Notes under the pieces: generated by a model
The model's input: only the letters and a program-made list of their open reading frames with translations
The model's database searches: none
Told to the model about the DNA's origin: nothing
DNA from: Ophelia neglecta
Taxonomy: Eukaryota
DNA length: 64,000 nucleotides
NCBI GenBank assembly: GCA_965285935.1
Contig: OZ260665.1
Span: forward strand, 44,454,001 to 44,518,000
Direction: 5' to 3'
Shown here: positions 29,501 to 42,885 of the stretch, piece after piece
Layout of the letters: every line of letters begins with the position of its first letter
How positions within the stretch are numbered: the first letter of the stretch is position 1
Position numbers and translations under genes: made by a program

Positions 29501-32500
29501 TATCAATAACATCTTTATGGGGTAGAGGTCAGATCTGAAGTCTGCAGGCTATGTTTCTGTCAAATTCCACTGGAGTTGAACAAGACCCAGAAGCCTAGTG
29601 TCCAGCATCATTACAGAGGCTCTGGTTAATACTATTGGCATCCATTCAAAATAATTGGACAATTGTTTACCACTAAGATCTGATAAAAACCTGGAAGTAA
29701 CTGTCCTTGCTTAACAAAAAAAATGTCTCCATTTTCATACCCCTAAGCAATCAAGTATTCAAACTATCTAGTCATATCAAAATTTATATATTTCAGTACC
29801 AAACATTTAATTATCTCCAACCAGCTTATTGCAGTTCAAGATGAAACAAGCTAAAATTATTTAATTGCTTTGATGGGAAGTGACAATTGGCCCCAATCAT
29901 ATAGATGGCAGAATTTGGGTAAACAGAATCCATGCTGCATGTCAGTGTGTTAGAGACAACACTGGTTTAGCCTGTGGCATCCTCCTTCAGTGATTCATCT
30001 AGTTATCAGGCCTGCTTCCAGTCATATTTATAAACGTCCTGTATCTCATGTTTATATCAACTGGGTTCAAAGACACCAAAGAAATCTCTCTTTGATAGCT
30101 GGTAGTAAAAGATACATGCATGAGGTAGCCATTTGACAGTCTGTTTATAGATCTAAAACAGGGTTAAATGCTGGGATGTTTCAAGGTTAGTCACATAGAT
30201 TCAACAAAAATATTCTGGGCTCTGCCTACTGGGCTACTCTCAATAAACATCCAGCCGAAGACTTGGCAATTCTTTTTTTCCAATTTCCCAAGTCGAGTCA
30301 GATACTTTATCATCCATTACCATTCATGAAAAATAAAGCCAGACTCTCATTTGATACAGCACAGATACTGAAAGCAGGGCGAGCCATTGCCTAAAACTCC
30401 AGGATAGGTGTCAAACTGAGGGTTATTAGGGCGATATATCACAACAGTATGGCATAGCTGTACATATATATTTTGTTCAAACACCTGTTTCTAATGAAAG
30501 TTTTGTCATCAAATAGGAGACATTATCCACCTAAAGCCATTAGATCACCAGCCAATATCTATTCAGTGAGTACTAAACCAGAATCAGAGCAGCTGCTAGA
30601 AATCCTGGTTTATATGAGATGGTTCAGTGTCCATGTACAGAGGAAATGTGGTTACAACATTACCCAGAGACAGTGAATGGAGTTTCTTTCTCTCAAATAA
30701 AGGAGATACTTTTTTATCTGCATTTAGGTCTAAGCCAGCCTCCATCTCTGCTGCAAGCAATTTTTTAGAATCGGAATTCCTGTAACACTAGTAAATCACA
30801 CCACTTCTAACATTTACCTCAATAAAGTTGGCAAATGACACAAGGCTCTGTCTTCTGATGTGTTGATAAAATCTGAGCAATGAATGGCGGAGGCAAATTT
30901 AAATGGAATTATTTATTTTGCACAGTATTGCCACAGAGTTGGATGACATGACTTTACCTCGGCTTTGCTTTTAACAACATTATTTAATTTTGTAGGAGGA
31001 GTCATATTCTGTGTTTGCCCTCACATTTCCCAGGCAGATTGTCTCCAGATGAAACTAAATGAGTGAACAAAGCCATCCATCTATCCTAGCCCAGCCAGCA
31101 AGGAATCAATGGCTGGGAAAAATTTCCAATTACCCAGCCACTGTGGCAGTGTTGCAATTGAGGAGGAGGGGGTATTGTCTTAAAACTGGCTCCTTAGAGA
31201 AGATTCCTTAGGTATCTTGCTGCCTTGGTACCACAGCATATCTACTGGGAGCTTTTTGTGCCAGTCTGCATGACTCGGCAAAAGTCAATAAGGCTGACAA
31301 GCTACCCATTACAGTTATTGAATTGTGCCACTCTCTGTAAATGTATCGGCTAGCCAAGCTCCGAAGACATGGGCAGAGACACTGGGTTCCAGGGCTACTC
31401 GTTATCATGGTAATACACAGCTTCAGGCAGGCTGCACAATCTGTACATCTGATTAGCATTGGAACAATGACTTCAGTGCTAGAATTTGATATTTGCTACA
31501 GAGATATTTTGTGGCACCCCTTTTTTTCATACCAGACTTTATCTGCCCTTGATCAGTGATCAAGTTCCTGTATGTTTTACATGTAAGTCATAATGTGGAA
31601 GCAGTCTGAGTCACTTAAAATATTGTAACATTCCATTTTTGGTTTTGCTTTCCTTCTATGCTAATGGTACTGATCACTGCATATGGGGATAAGATGAAGC
31701 TACAAGGCTTGTTGGGCCATGCTTATTATATATTACCAGGAATAATGATTTTCTCATATCATTGATCAATAGACTGCAATTTAACAGTATTCAAGCATGA
31801 ACAAGTGAGTCACTGGATAAATATGGCTCAACAGATATATTGATCTGTGATCCAACCATACTATACTTTATGGCAAAGCCATATTATAATTTGTATGAAC
31901 TAAGCATACACTCAAATGAACCAACAGTGAACCTTAAAAGCTAAGAAGAAATAAATGGACAATATTTCTCTCAAGATATTTTCAATTCTCAGAAGGAATT
32001 TCCAACTACTGACAATGACAGCACATCACAAAGAAACCTGGGCCATATCATTGTTGTCTTCAATGTTCAAATATAGCCAGCAAGATGACAATCTAGACAT
32101 AAGGTTTTTTGCCCCATATGGAGCTAACAATGGAAATATTGAAGTTGTCAACAGATGGCACAATGGTCTTCACTGAATAATTAATTGGAATGCTGTGCCT
32201 ACGAGTATCTTTTCAATGCATGGCAACTTCCCACCAGACACAAATTGACATAAATAGCAGGTACACAAAAGACTGAAATATAAACAATATTTGATATGAA
32301 AGGCTATTGGAACATATGACGTGGAAATCCCTGTGGCAGGGCTTAAAATTCTTAGAATAATCACCATCAAGGAACAAACTTCTAAAGAACAGTTGACAAA
32401 TTACTGAAGCTTTGAATTAAGCTTAGAATAGTAAAAAACCCTCAACTAGAATTGTAGAGAAGTACTAGGACATAGTTTCCTAAATACTTCTCTAAAACAG

Positions 32501-33367
32501 ACTTTAAGTCTGGGCATAATAGTATTGATAAGGTTAGAGTTAAGAGTCTGGTAACCACAGGCCACTGCCTTTTGGATATGATGAAAGAGCACTGCACAAA
32601 ATACTGTTCAATCTTCTACAAGACAGTCTACTAGGTGATATTGTGTTTCTAAGTCTGGCTGGGGTATATTGACTAAAGGCAGGGGTCACTGAAGCTAGAG
32701 AGGCACTATATAATGGAATCCCAGCCGATTCCAATCACAAGAATCTACACATTATCCAGTCTAGCATGGGCTCCAGGCCTCTATCAATGGATGTACTTAG
32801 ACTTGCTAAGCTACACAATTTCCGACTGCATGAATGTGAAATTTATCACAAATGAGAACTCTGCTACACAGAGAAGAACTCCCCTTGTTGCCAATTAATT
32901 CAGATTATCATCATATGGTGACATTTAGACAGAGGTTTATTTCTATATTGCAACTGTATGATTGGACTACCACTAACATGGTTATGCAGATTTTATAAGA
33001 GGCTTGAGCTATATGGCATGTTGATGCAAAATGAATACATAATGAAGATGATAGAGAAATGACAATTGTGCAGGGACACAGTTTACTTCAGAGATATCCA
33101 TAATGGTAAGTTTATATAAAGCATGGCACCAGGCACACATTCACATCCAACATTAGGCTATAGTAGGTGTACACATGGGATTCCATCCACAATATACACA
33201 TCTAGTCAATATTCACAATCTTATATATACACATATTGTGGAATTGATTCTTCTGAATCCAAATAAAATTGTCATTGTACAAGACATTGTAATTCATTTC
33301 ATTTATATTAATTGTCCATGGATTCCATAATCCTCCAATAATTTCAAACACAACAGTAGGCCTGATA

Positions 33368-33943
33368 TCACCTCTTTTTCTTAGCTTGTTTCTGATTTTT
33401 CCTTCGTTTTAATATCATCTGATACAACTGTTCTAGGCCCTCGTCTAAACCTTCCCCAGTGATTGCACATGCTGATTGTACATTCCAAAGTCTTCCTTGG
33501 CACATCTCCTGTAGATTTAACGTTTTCTCAATTTCTGCTGATTCCCTTGCACCTGGCAGATCCTGTTTATTGGCCAGTATTAACACAGGGACACCCATAG
33601 TTTCGGGAGTTCGGGCAGTCCTTAATAGCTCCAGTTTGGCTTCCTCCATCCTCTCCGTGTCAACACTGTCTATAACAAACACAATGCCATCAGTTGACCT
33701 GGTGTATGACCGCCAGAGAGGTCTCACCTTGTCCTGACCACCTACATCCCATATCATGAAAGACACACCTTTGGCCTTGCCCGTTTGTCCTTTTACCTTC
33801 TCACAATTAAATCCTACCGTAGGGACTGTATTCACATATTGGTCAAATTTTAATCTGTACAGTACTGTGGATTTGCCAGCAGAATCCAGCCCAAGCATGA
33901 CAACATGGACTGGGCTGTCCAGTTTCGCAAAGCTGCCTCCCAT
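33368..33943 (-). CDS. ARL4: ADP-ribosylation factor-like GTPase 4 family (ARL4A/C/D-like), 191 aa, uninterrupted CDS
   Basis: MG myristoylation start, G1 GLDSAGKS, TVPTVGFN, G3 WDVGGQ, LWRSYTR, G4 NKQD, G5 SACA, and the ARL4-type basic C-terminus KRRKNQKQAKKKR. Strong Kozak context agaATGG. Confidence 0.96.
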   Translation of the reverse strand: MGGSFAKLDSPVHVVMLGLDSAGKSTVLYRLKFDQYVNTVPTVGFNCEKVKGQTGKAKGVSFMIWDVGGQDKVRPLWRSYTRSTDGIVFVIDSVDTERMEEAKLELLRTARTPETMGVPVLILANKQDLPGARESAEIEKTLNLQEMCQGRLWNVQSACAITGEGLDEGLEQLYQMILKRRKNQKQAKKKR

Positions 33944-34180
33944 TCTCGATAGCTAGAATCGGAGCTGCTACACCACCATCTGTGCCTTGTCTACCTTCCA
34001 GACGGAAACATATCACACTCGTCACTCAATGTGCTACAATCACAGAACACACACACACAGTAGACACGGAATGGGCACCAAAATTATTGGCCCGCTAATT
34101 TATGTGTATTCGAGCAGCTTGCAATGCAGTGTATTCCGTAGACTTGTGGTCAATTCCGTAATCATTTCTGAAAAGACAAC
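33944..34180 (-). promoter_or_regulatory. ARL4 5'UTR portion of the coding exon with splice acceptor and uORFs
   Basis: Acceptor gttgtcttttcag| ends at 34168. ATG-initiated uORFs at 34165-34100, 34011 and 33979. Candidate upstream donors GTGAGT at 34362 and 34399. Confidence 0.6.
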
Positions 34181-36430
34181 CATTGACTATTATTATTGGG
34201 ATAGAATGGAGAACCACCTTGCATTATTCTATGGGTAGCAAGTGCGTATACATATAATACAGATACGAGTAGCGCACATCAGTCAGCCTTGCAGGCCTTC
34301 CTTTGATATGTTCACTCAATAACAACACAACACGTATAGGACTTCTCAGCATGTATACTCACTGTAACAGACATTATATAGAAAGGAAACTACACTCACA
34401 TGATAGGTGGTAGATCCGTCCATCACTTTGGTCATTCCTGTAGAATTTAATTCAATAAATAAATCCGAAATTGTCTCCGTTATTGGTATGTGGATGTGTG
34501 TCTAACTAACTGACGCGTCCTCTCCGTAACACGGTAACTGCACTAATGCAATAGCACAGCCTGTGAAACTAGGGCAGCCTTAGAAATAGGCACAGGGCTC
34601 GGCAAACAGCAATTGTATCGGTGGGCAGGTCTGGACAAAAGATTGGCGGTATAATTAGCGCATAACAGAACAATCAAAACTAGCATATTGACCACACAAT
34701 GATACATAACGTACTTCCCTTTAAAGAAATATCCTACAAGCCAAGTCAGGTTCACTTTGTAATCTATACTAACTGTGAAAAACTATTTGAAATCCGTTTT
34801 ACTTTGTAGATTTTACCGCGAAAAACTTGGTGACGTCTTCAGTATATCCTTGCCGCAGCTATATTTGATCAAAGGCCTGAAATGATCGACTTTGATAAAA
34901 TAAGCATATAATTGCAATGCACGATTTAGGTGCACCTTGATTAATATGCATATAACATTCGGGAAATAGCATCACTAGTTGAATAGGAAACATTTCACAA
35001 TGTTTGTTCAAGCCTTCTGACCTTGAAACTTATTATCTTGGCCTAACATGCGAATTATTTTCAAACTAAAAATTTTCTTAAACGACGGAATTAATTATCA
35101 CAAACCTAACTAGGCCTGCTAGGCGCTAGTCGGAACGGTCAACAATTTATCTTTAAGTTTGCACCTAAGTTAAATATGAAGCTCGGCTGCCGGTCATTGT
35201 CATATTTCTGTATTGTTTTCCCAGTCCTGAACCATTCCATCGAAGCCTCTGGCCTTTATGCCTGTATAAGACACTTGACTGAACACCTTTGTTGAATACA
35301 AATGATCAAAAGGGGACGTTCTGATTTAACATTTTACACCTGTAGGCCTTTTCTTTTGTTAGACCTAAATGTCCTTATATTCAATTTCTACCCTGGCCGA
35401 ATATTGATACAAAATCTGCGCCGTCTCGTACAAAGAAGATACATAGAAACCGCCGTAGTTTCAATGTTATTAGACAAATAACATTGTTTGCCCCGTATAA
35501 ATTATGCTTAATTGTATATTTCTAGTCATTTGTCTTCCTTTACCCAAGCGGAATTGATTGAAAACGAAACGATATAAAGAACAACAATTGGCCAATTAAG
35601 GGTCTTCGTGGTATAATTGTACCCGTATAGTTGGTATTTTTATATCGTCTTATAAAGGGATCTTTAATGCAAATAAATAGAAGGGCATGTACTCTATTCA
35701 TCAAACATGTAAGCTTAGGCACCTACTTATTTAGCGCGTAGGCCTAAAAAAAATTTATTGGAATTTTATCAATATCGAACAAACTGCTATAAAATAATTA
35801 TATTTTATATAAGGTGGCATTTTTAAAATTTGAAAATAAAATTTGAAATAGAAAAATATTTTCTTTCCGCTTCCATAACCTGCAAAACAAACCTGAATAA
35901 TACTTTATAGGCTCATTATGTGAGTGTGCATGGGGTAGAATCGCAAAGTCGAAACAGCCCTTTTATTGCGCCTTTCGAACGAAACCAGGTTTTGTTAGCC
36001 ACTCCGTATATGAAGAGTACAACAAAAATAGTCTGGCATAAAATGAAATACAAAACGTCAAAGATAAAAGGAAGGAGAAGTCTACCACAGGGCAGATTTA
36101 TTTCAATGGGTTAAGCTCGTTGTCGTTTCTCGTCACCCTATATAGGTAGGTTTTTTAAACAATTAACGCGTGACACATATTATGTGTCGATCACGCGTTC
36201 TATGTTTTGAAAAAATAAATAGATATGAAATATTTTATGCTAATCAAATGTAACCGGAAACTATGGTGTATATGGGAGGTGCACGGGGTCGGTAATCACA
36301 TTAAACACGGGAAATAAAAAGGTACTATTTTCATGATTTTATTATTGTACAGTTAAGATGTATTTAAAATGAGTCATTAAACTGTTAAGACCGACCTGAA
36401 GATAACCGGTATTATATCCTAGCACTAGCT

Positions 36431-36463
36431 GACGACGATGACGACGACGACGACGATGTTGAT
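36431..36463. repeat. (GAC/GAT)n trinucleotide microsatellite
   Basis: gacgacgatgacgacgacgacgacgatgttgat. Confidence 0.85.
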
Positions 36464-37793
36464 GTATAAGGCGGTCTAATAAAACTCGCCCATGAGTGTA
36501 GGCATACATACTTAATGAGCAATGCTATGAGTCACATAGTTTAAGACCGACCCCACCGACCCCGGACCGTATCCGACCAGAACCCCCCGTCCCCACCCGA
36601 CAAACCCAATAAGCCTAGAGAATTCTTCCTCAAATTCCACTGGCCGTTCTAGGAAGAAAAATAGGGGTCACCGCCAGCTAAAGGCAATGGCATGAGACGT
36701 GTGTCCCCCATTTCTTCCACAGGCACTGAACTTCAGCAACGGTACTTATACCGCTTTGCATAAGCTTAAGCCGCTCCGATACTTCTATACCCGATGCGCT
36801 TTACCACTGCTCAACAGCATTAGTGCCTAAATGGTATTCGTTGGGTTGATGAAAAAGTTATGAAAGCGTGTGACTTTTTCATTTCATTTTTTTTTTTGGT
36901 AATTGGGTCGGTGTAAACTTGATGCGAGCGCGTAACATTAAAAACTTCAAATTATTATCTATTTTATTTTTACTTTTATAGTGCTAAGTATTTTGCTGAA
37001 TTACTAGGAAATACGGTATTTTTAGATTAAAAAAATTACAATACAAAGGAATTCGTGTGCAACAGGTATCAAGACATATTGTTCCTTATACTTTTAATCG
37101 TCAGACTTTGAACAAATATTTTCCTTTCACGCTAACTCTATAATAACTATGATAGGTTGTTTTCATGCTTTATGGTCAATCTCAGATCTAAATTCTAAAA
37201 GGGACCGGGGAAGTGGACAAAAACTGCGCCTGTGCAAACTCGGCTGGGGAGCTCGGAATCAAACGGGAAAAGTATTTCAAAATGATATGAAATGACCGAA
37301 CATTTTTTTTTCTTAACGTGTGTCATTTGCCCATTGTAACCAGTTTTTGATCTTGTAACCAGGCCAATTGCCAATAGCGAAAGACCTGATAATTTGGAAG
37401 ATGGACCTGGGAGGGGGGGGGGGGGGGATTTAGATGGTCATATTAGGTGTTTCTCTGTTTACTGCAATCCTTTAACTGACAAAATGAAACACTTTGGCTC
37501 CTAGTTCAAGCCATTTTTTCAAAACAGTCATAATGCCAGAGCCATCCTTTGTAGGGATGTATCACAAAAGAACACATGCCCCGCGTCATCAATGAAAGAG
37601 AACAATGAAAGAATTACATACATTATATTTTGAAACTTCACTCAAAATTTTCATTAAATTGTCACAATTAACAATACTAACGTTATGCTGTAAGATATCC
37701 AGGGGCATTGCTCATGTGTTGCTGGAGCAGATAAGATGAGCATGACCCCCAAAATTTGAGTTCCTGTTTGCTCACTTTGATTATGGTCCCTTA

Positions 37794-38580
37794 AGCCATG
37801 GTCACAACCGAACGTACGCGATTTTCGCGTACGTAGTGAAGAAAATTTTGCTACGTGGCCGTTTTATGTACGTGGGCATATTTCACGTGGGAGTGGTCAC
37901 ATCGGTGCGTCAGGTCCACGTAGAAAACGCTTTTTTTTCGAGGTGTTCGCGTGGGCATTGCGTGCGTAGACCGTGGGTAGCGCCTGCGTAGTGCGTGGGT
38001 AGTGCAGATTCTCTCTCCAACTCCTGCATGAGAGTATGGTACTGCCCATAGAGTAGGCGGCGCTCGATCCAGGGGCGGACCCACCATCGTCTCGGGTTTC
38101 GCTCCTGCCCCTGCTGCTCCCAGGCCTGTATCAAAGCTAGTAATACTATGTTGTGCTCTATCTCAATTTCGCCCAAACGCCTTCTGAGCAGGGCCAGCCG
38201 TAGGCGCTCTGGCGGAATCGCCATCTCTTCACCAGGGATAATAACTTGCACAATGCCCGAATCCTATTCTCGAGCTTATATACCCTGGAAATTACGAAGA
38301 AAATGCGCAAGTGTCACCCACGTCCACCCCACGTGCCCCCCACGGGCCCCCCACCCGCTACCCACGCGGTTGCCACGCGAAAATATCGTGGACCCTACGT
38401 GGCAAAAAATAGAGCATGTTCAATTTTGAGCCACGTACGAAAATAGAGGCCACGCGGGCCTCACGTAGTCGGAATTTCTTGCGTAGCGCGTGGGTGCCAC
38501 CCGCGTACGGCCACGTACACCGCCAAAATCTCTACGTGGAGCTGTCGTGGACCCTACGTGGGTCGGTTGTGACCATGGCT
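37794..38580 (-). mobile_element. PIF/Harbinger non-autonomous (internally deleted) DNA transposon
   Basis: Perfect 18-bp TIR AGCCATGGTCACAACCGA, TTA TSD (37791-37793 and 38581-38583), and transposase N-terminal motif RRWWVRPWIERRLLYGQYHTLMQELERE in ORF 37910-38251. Confidence 0.93.
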
Positions 38581-39199
38581 TTACAGTCCGGTACGAGCGG
38601 AGGGAGACCTATGCGGTCGTGCTTGGTCAGCTGCGTTAATTGATCTAGATCTAGCCGATCCACCCCACCAATCACTGGCCTTGTTACACATTAAGATTTC
38701 AGTTGGAGTATGGCCACCAGTTTTGAAAATGCCTCACCTGTCTAAAATTAATTACAACTTCACTCCAAATCGATGAGTGGCAAATACGCTGGACCCGTAA
38801 ACCGAGCTTTTGATGTTTAAGTGACGTATCGTGGTGTTTTTGACCCAATGGTAAGTCGTTTAGAGCCTCTGTCACCTTCTTGGAACCGCAACACGTGCAT
38901 TGTGTGACCCGCATGCGGCATCATGCTCAATATACGGCCTTCAATATGTAGGAAAAATCTCAGTTCTAGGGCAAAATTAACAGATTAACGTCATTTGAGA
39001 AGATAGATATCCAAGAAAGATTCTGAAGTTTAGATGGACAAACTGGGAAAGTTTAAGGAAGACATTACTGACTTCATGTACTGATTCAACAAATTAGATA
39101 AATCCAGTATATGTCAACCGGTCTAAATAGGTATAATATTAAGCAGTACTTATGTGGTCTGACAAATCAGCAGAATAACCTTTGAAATAGCGAAATACC

Positions 39200-39539
39200 G
39201 GTGTATCCAATGTGCGCAACCGCCCAAAGCACCCAAACCGAGCGGAAATAATAAGACTTTTGAGCGAAATGCATCAGGATTGGTGCTACAGTTGTTTTTG
39301 AACCGCTTGCTAGGCGCTGGGTGTACCATTTAGTACCCAAAAAAAACGAGCTAACTTGTTCGCCCGTTCTCCCGTGCTTACATCTGATCGCGGCCATGAC
39401 AACGGCACATCACTCGCCCTCTGGTGGTGTCCGGGGCAATCGCCACCAGACGCTTGGTAAATGGATATTTATCCAGTGGGTTTGGGCGGGTTTGGGTGCT
39501 TTGGGCAATTACGCACTGTTGTGCACTTTGGATACACCC
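39200..39539. mobile_element. MULE-like MITE nested in the outer foldback element
   Basis: TIR GGTGTATCCAA(T/A)GTGC(G/A)CAAC plus inverted GCCCAAAGCACCCAAACC blocks. 9-bp TSD CGAAATACC at 39191-39199 and 39540-39548. Confidence 0.85.
39413..39430 (-). promoter_or_regulatory. CTCF consensus motif
   Basis: The minus strand reads ACACCACCAGAGGGCGAG, matching the CTCF core CCASYAGRKGGC. Binding is not demonstrated. Confidence 0.55.
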
Positions 39540-40470
39540 CGAAATACCCCTTTTTCATGCTCGGTACGTGTAGTATAGTATGTAAGACCATTTTTTAATA
39601 GATAAAGTTTTCTCCCTCAACATATTTTTAACTTAACACAATAGGGTCTATGCCACCCAGTGATTGATGGTGGTATAGCGGCCATTTTAATGAACCCAAC
39701 CGGGCATAGATTGTATTGTTTTAAGTTGAAAATATTTTATGGGAAACCTTTATAGATTAAAAAACAGTCTAAACATACTATATTATAAATACGGAACATG
39801 ATAAAAAGGTTATTAAGACAAATTGATAATTTTGAGAGGTTATTCCGGGTTATTTGGGTATTTTAAAGTTTATTCCGGTGTTTCGCCTGACCTGTACGAA
39901 TGGCCAGGGGTAAACACAAGGGCTGGCAACTCTCCCGGATCCAGCAGGAGATTTCCTGAGAGAGAGTTTTGCAGAGATGACCGTTAAAATATTTGTATAC
40001 TGGCCTTGGGTGTCTTCTTATTTCCATCACTTTTGTAAATGAAATAACGCTACAAATGGTCTCAAATGACTTGGTTTACAGGATTTATTTGTTTTCTTTT
40101 CACTTGTTTTTTCACAATCTTTTGTTTTATCTACTGCGCACAATTTAAAATCTTTTACTTCTGGGTCACACTTTGTCTGCTAAGTGTCAAACTCTAACCT
40201 GGCAACTGCAAGATGGCCGCTGCACTTGATTCTCCGTGAGGTTTCTGTGTGCCCCCCCTTCCCCTGCTATAAAAAACAGTAAAAAAAAAATTGCTCTCAT
40301 GGTCAGCATAAAGTTTCCTGGGTTTCGATGCAAATCCCCCCCCCCCCATTTATTGCCCCCAACTTTGTTGATAAAAGTTGTGAATATGTATTGGCTTGAG
40401 TCCTTCACCTGTTGTTCTGGCTGTATCTGGGCAGCCATTAGGCTACAACATGGCATGATTTAAGGCTTGA

Positions 40471-41121
40471 GGAGGTTACTAGTGTACGGCCAGTCATCTA
40501 AGGGTGTTTTATTCACGCCTTTCATATAGTTTACACTTTGAAAATGCATGTCTTATACTGAGAAGTTTGAGGGTATAATCTGGATGGTTTTGGTCAATTT
40601 TGGGTCAAATTGGGGTCAAATCTTCAAGGTATATCTTTTGCCATTTATTTTAGAAAAAGTTTGATCAACCCAGAATAAAATATTCAAACTTTTTTCATAT
40701 TCTTAATTGTTATAGTTGAGTATCTTTATGTTTAACAGATAGATTTCTTAGCAACCATGCAGTGCCCCAATTTTTGTCATAATTTAAAAAAAAAGAATGG
40801 GGACCCACAATTTTGGGTTTTCAATCTGTAACACAAGAGTTACAGTTTATTATGACAAGATAATGAGTTTGAATATTTTTCACACATTAACAAAAACATA
40901 TTTCAATAAATTGAAAAAAATGGCAAAAAATTGTTTCTTAATAAATTTAAAAATGGCAAATATTTGAAGTTTTTACCACAATATGACCCTAAATATACAA
41001 ATTATATTATATTTTTCCACAAAATGTTCTTGACATAACCCATGAAGGATGAAATGTTTTACAATGTTCAATTCATTTGAATAAAACACTTCCAGACAAG
41101 ATATTACCCCAGTGACCTTCC
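40471..41121. mobile_element. Possible Kolobok-like non-autonomous element
   Basis: Left tgaGGAGGTTACTAG vs right CAGTGACCTTCCttaa (imperfect TIR, TTAA-type flank). AT-rich interior. Confidence 0.35.
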
Positions 41122-42696
41122 TTAACATGAACTGATTAACCTTTGCTGCAAATACAGCTATTTAGCTGCCATAGCAGCACCAAACTAAAAATAGAGTTCT
41201 TTGTGCAATATGTAAGTTTTAGAAGCAAGGCCTTCTACATATATTGGGATCATATAGGAAGTGATACATTGCAATTTTGATAAATTTACAAATTGTTCAC
41301 ATAAGCAATATATTCTGTGGTTAAAACAAGGTTTTCTGTGGCCTTACCTTCCTTAGATAAATTATTTTGCCAGTCATTGCTCTATTCATGAAATGTTTAT
41401 GGGAAATGTCTTTATTTATGCATTTTTTTTCTTTAAAAGAAGGAAATTTCATATTTTGGCCATGCTCAGTGTGTGGAGTGGTGAATGCAAACTGTAGCAT
41501 GGGATCACCTTATGTGGGAAAATCATCAGTTGAAACCTTTTTTGTTTGCTAATACCTCATTGGTAGTAGCTGGCAAGAGCCTTGCCTACCTGCGGTGGTT
41601 TGATATGAAAGTCTTCTGGTTTGACTCTTATTTACTCTTTTAATTCATTCAGTAAAGTGGTTTTGGGTTATTCCAAAAGAGTCCCGGTAGTTGCAAAGTC
41701 ACAAATAATTTATTCTAATTCTAGACAACCCTGCATGAAGTTCTTTCCATTAATTTGTACTTTTCTTATTTACTATATGAAGTATTCTCATGACATCAAA
41801 TTAATTTAAATGTACATGTATGCATGCATACTTGTGTGTTAAATTAAACAAGTAGCTTTTATTATTTCTCTTCTAATTTCTTTATAATATGCTGGCATTA
41901 TATAAAGTGCCCAGTGAAAAAGGGACAGCCATATATGAAGTTATTCTTGAGTCCAATTTGTCCCTGCCACACTGCCTGTGCCAAGCCTGCACACAACTAA
42001 GGTGTTATGCAACATCTGGCTGGTGTTTGCATGTACACGCAATTGTAGACAGATGTGGGGAAAAGTTACTGGAATCACTCCTTGACCACTCTGAATGCAA
42101 TAGAACAAAGAAAGGCTGCGTTCCGGGAACGGTCAGAAAAAACAGAAGGTACATGTACAGGGCTATGCTGTCAGGGCTTGAAATTAAGGCTCCCAAAATA
42201 GCTAAATGCTAGTTGGTGTGACATGTTTGCTTGCGAAAAATCTTGCAAGCAGTTACTTGAAGGAAAATCCTGTGTTTACACGGTTTTAGGTGTCTCAATG
42301 TTTGTGCCTGATTATTTTGCTGTAGCTTGCATGAAACTTTTGCCTGTATTTATTGCTCAGATAATCATTAATTACACACAGTTTTAATGTTAATATGTGT
42401 GAGCATATTATTGGTAGTCCAATCAGTTAATTTGCAAGTGCAAGACATAACTACCAATGTGTTGCTAGTGGATAAAAAAAGTTTAAAATCTAGGCCTGTG
42501 TATAAGGTAGCCTCATCAGTGATTATTTGAACGTTTCAAGTGGTACACTTGTTATTTCAGTGACATGAAAGTTGAATGCTGATTGACTTGTATGCAATGA
42601 TGTTCCTCAGAGGCTTGTGTCATTATCACCCGTCAACCCAAACACACTGCAGAGAGAATCAAATGAAAAGGTCAGCACAAAAACACATACCATGTA

Positions 42697-42885
42697 CAGT
42701 GAAACCTGCCATATAGACCACCTCTATATTCAGACCACCTGGCAATTCAGGCTACTTATTTGAAGACCATACTGCAAAATTTTAGTGCAAAATTACCTGT
42801 CTAAATAGACCACCTCCATAATCAGACCAGTATTTTTTTCAGTCCCTTGGGTGGTCTTAATTCAACCTCCAATTAAGGTTCCACG
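42697..42885. mobile_element. Tc1/mariner-pogo type MITE (copy 1)
   Basis: ta|CAGTGAAACCTGCC with repeated AGACCACC, and end AGTCCCTTGGGTGGTCTTAAT. Related to the copy at 52917. Confidence 0.7.

Larger units (their letters stand above)
39155..39893. mobile_element. Mutator-like (MULE) foldback element, outer
   Basis: Long imperfect TIRs (GGTCTGACAAATCAGCAGAATAACCTTTGAAATA vs reverse complement of 39856-39892; also 39550-39655 vs 39700-39815). Degenerate 9-bp TSD gtacttatg / gtacgaatg. Confidence 0.7.

Noticed and set aside
33459-33956. Plus-strand ORFs of 92 and 66 aa
   Set aside because: Antisense shadows of the ARL4 CDS.
34500-34870. CRE-like sites (TGACGCGT ~34511, TGACGTCT ~34831) as the ARL4 promoter
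   Set aside because: Plausible, but the TSS cannot be placed from sequence and short motifs occur by chance.
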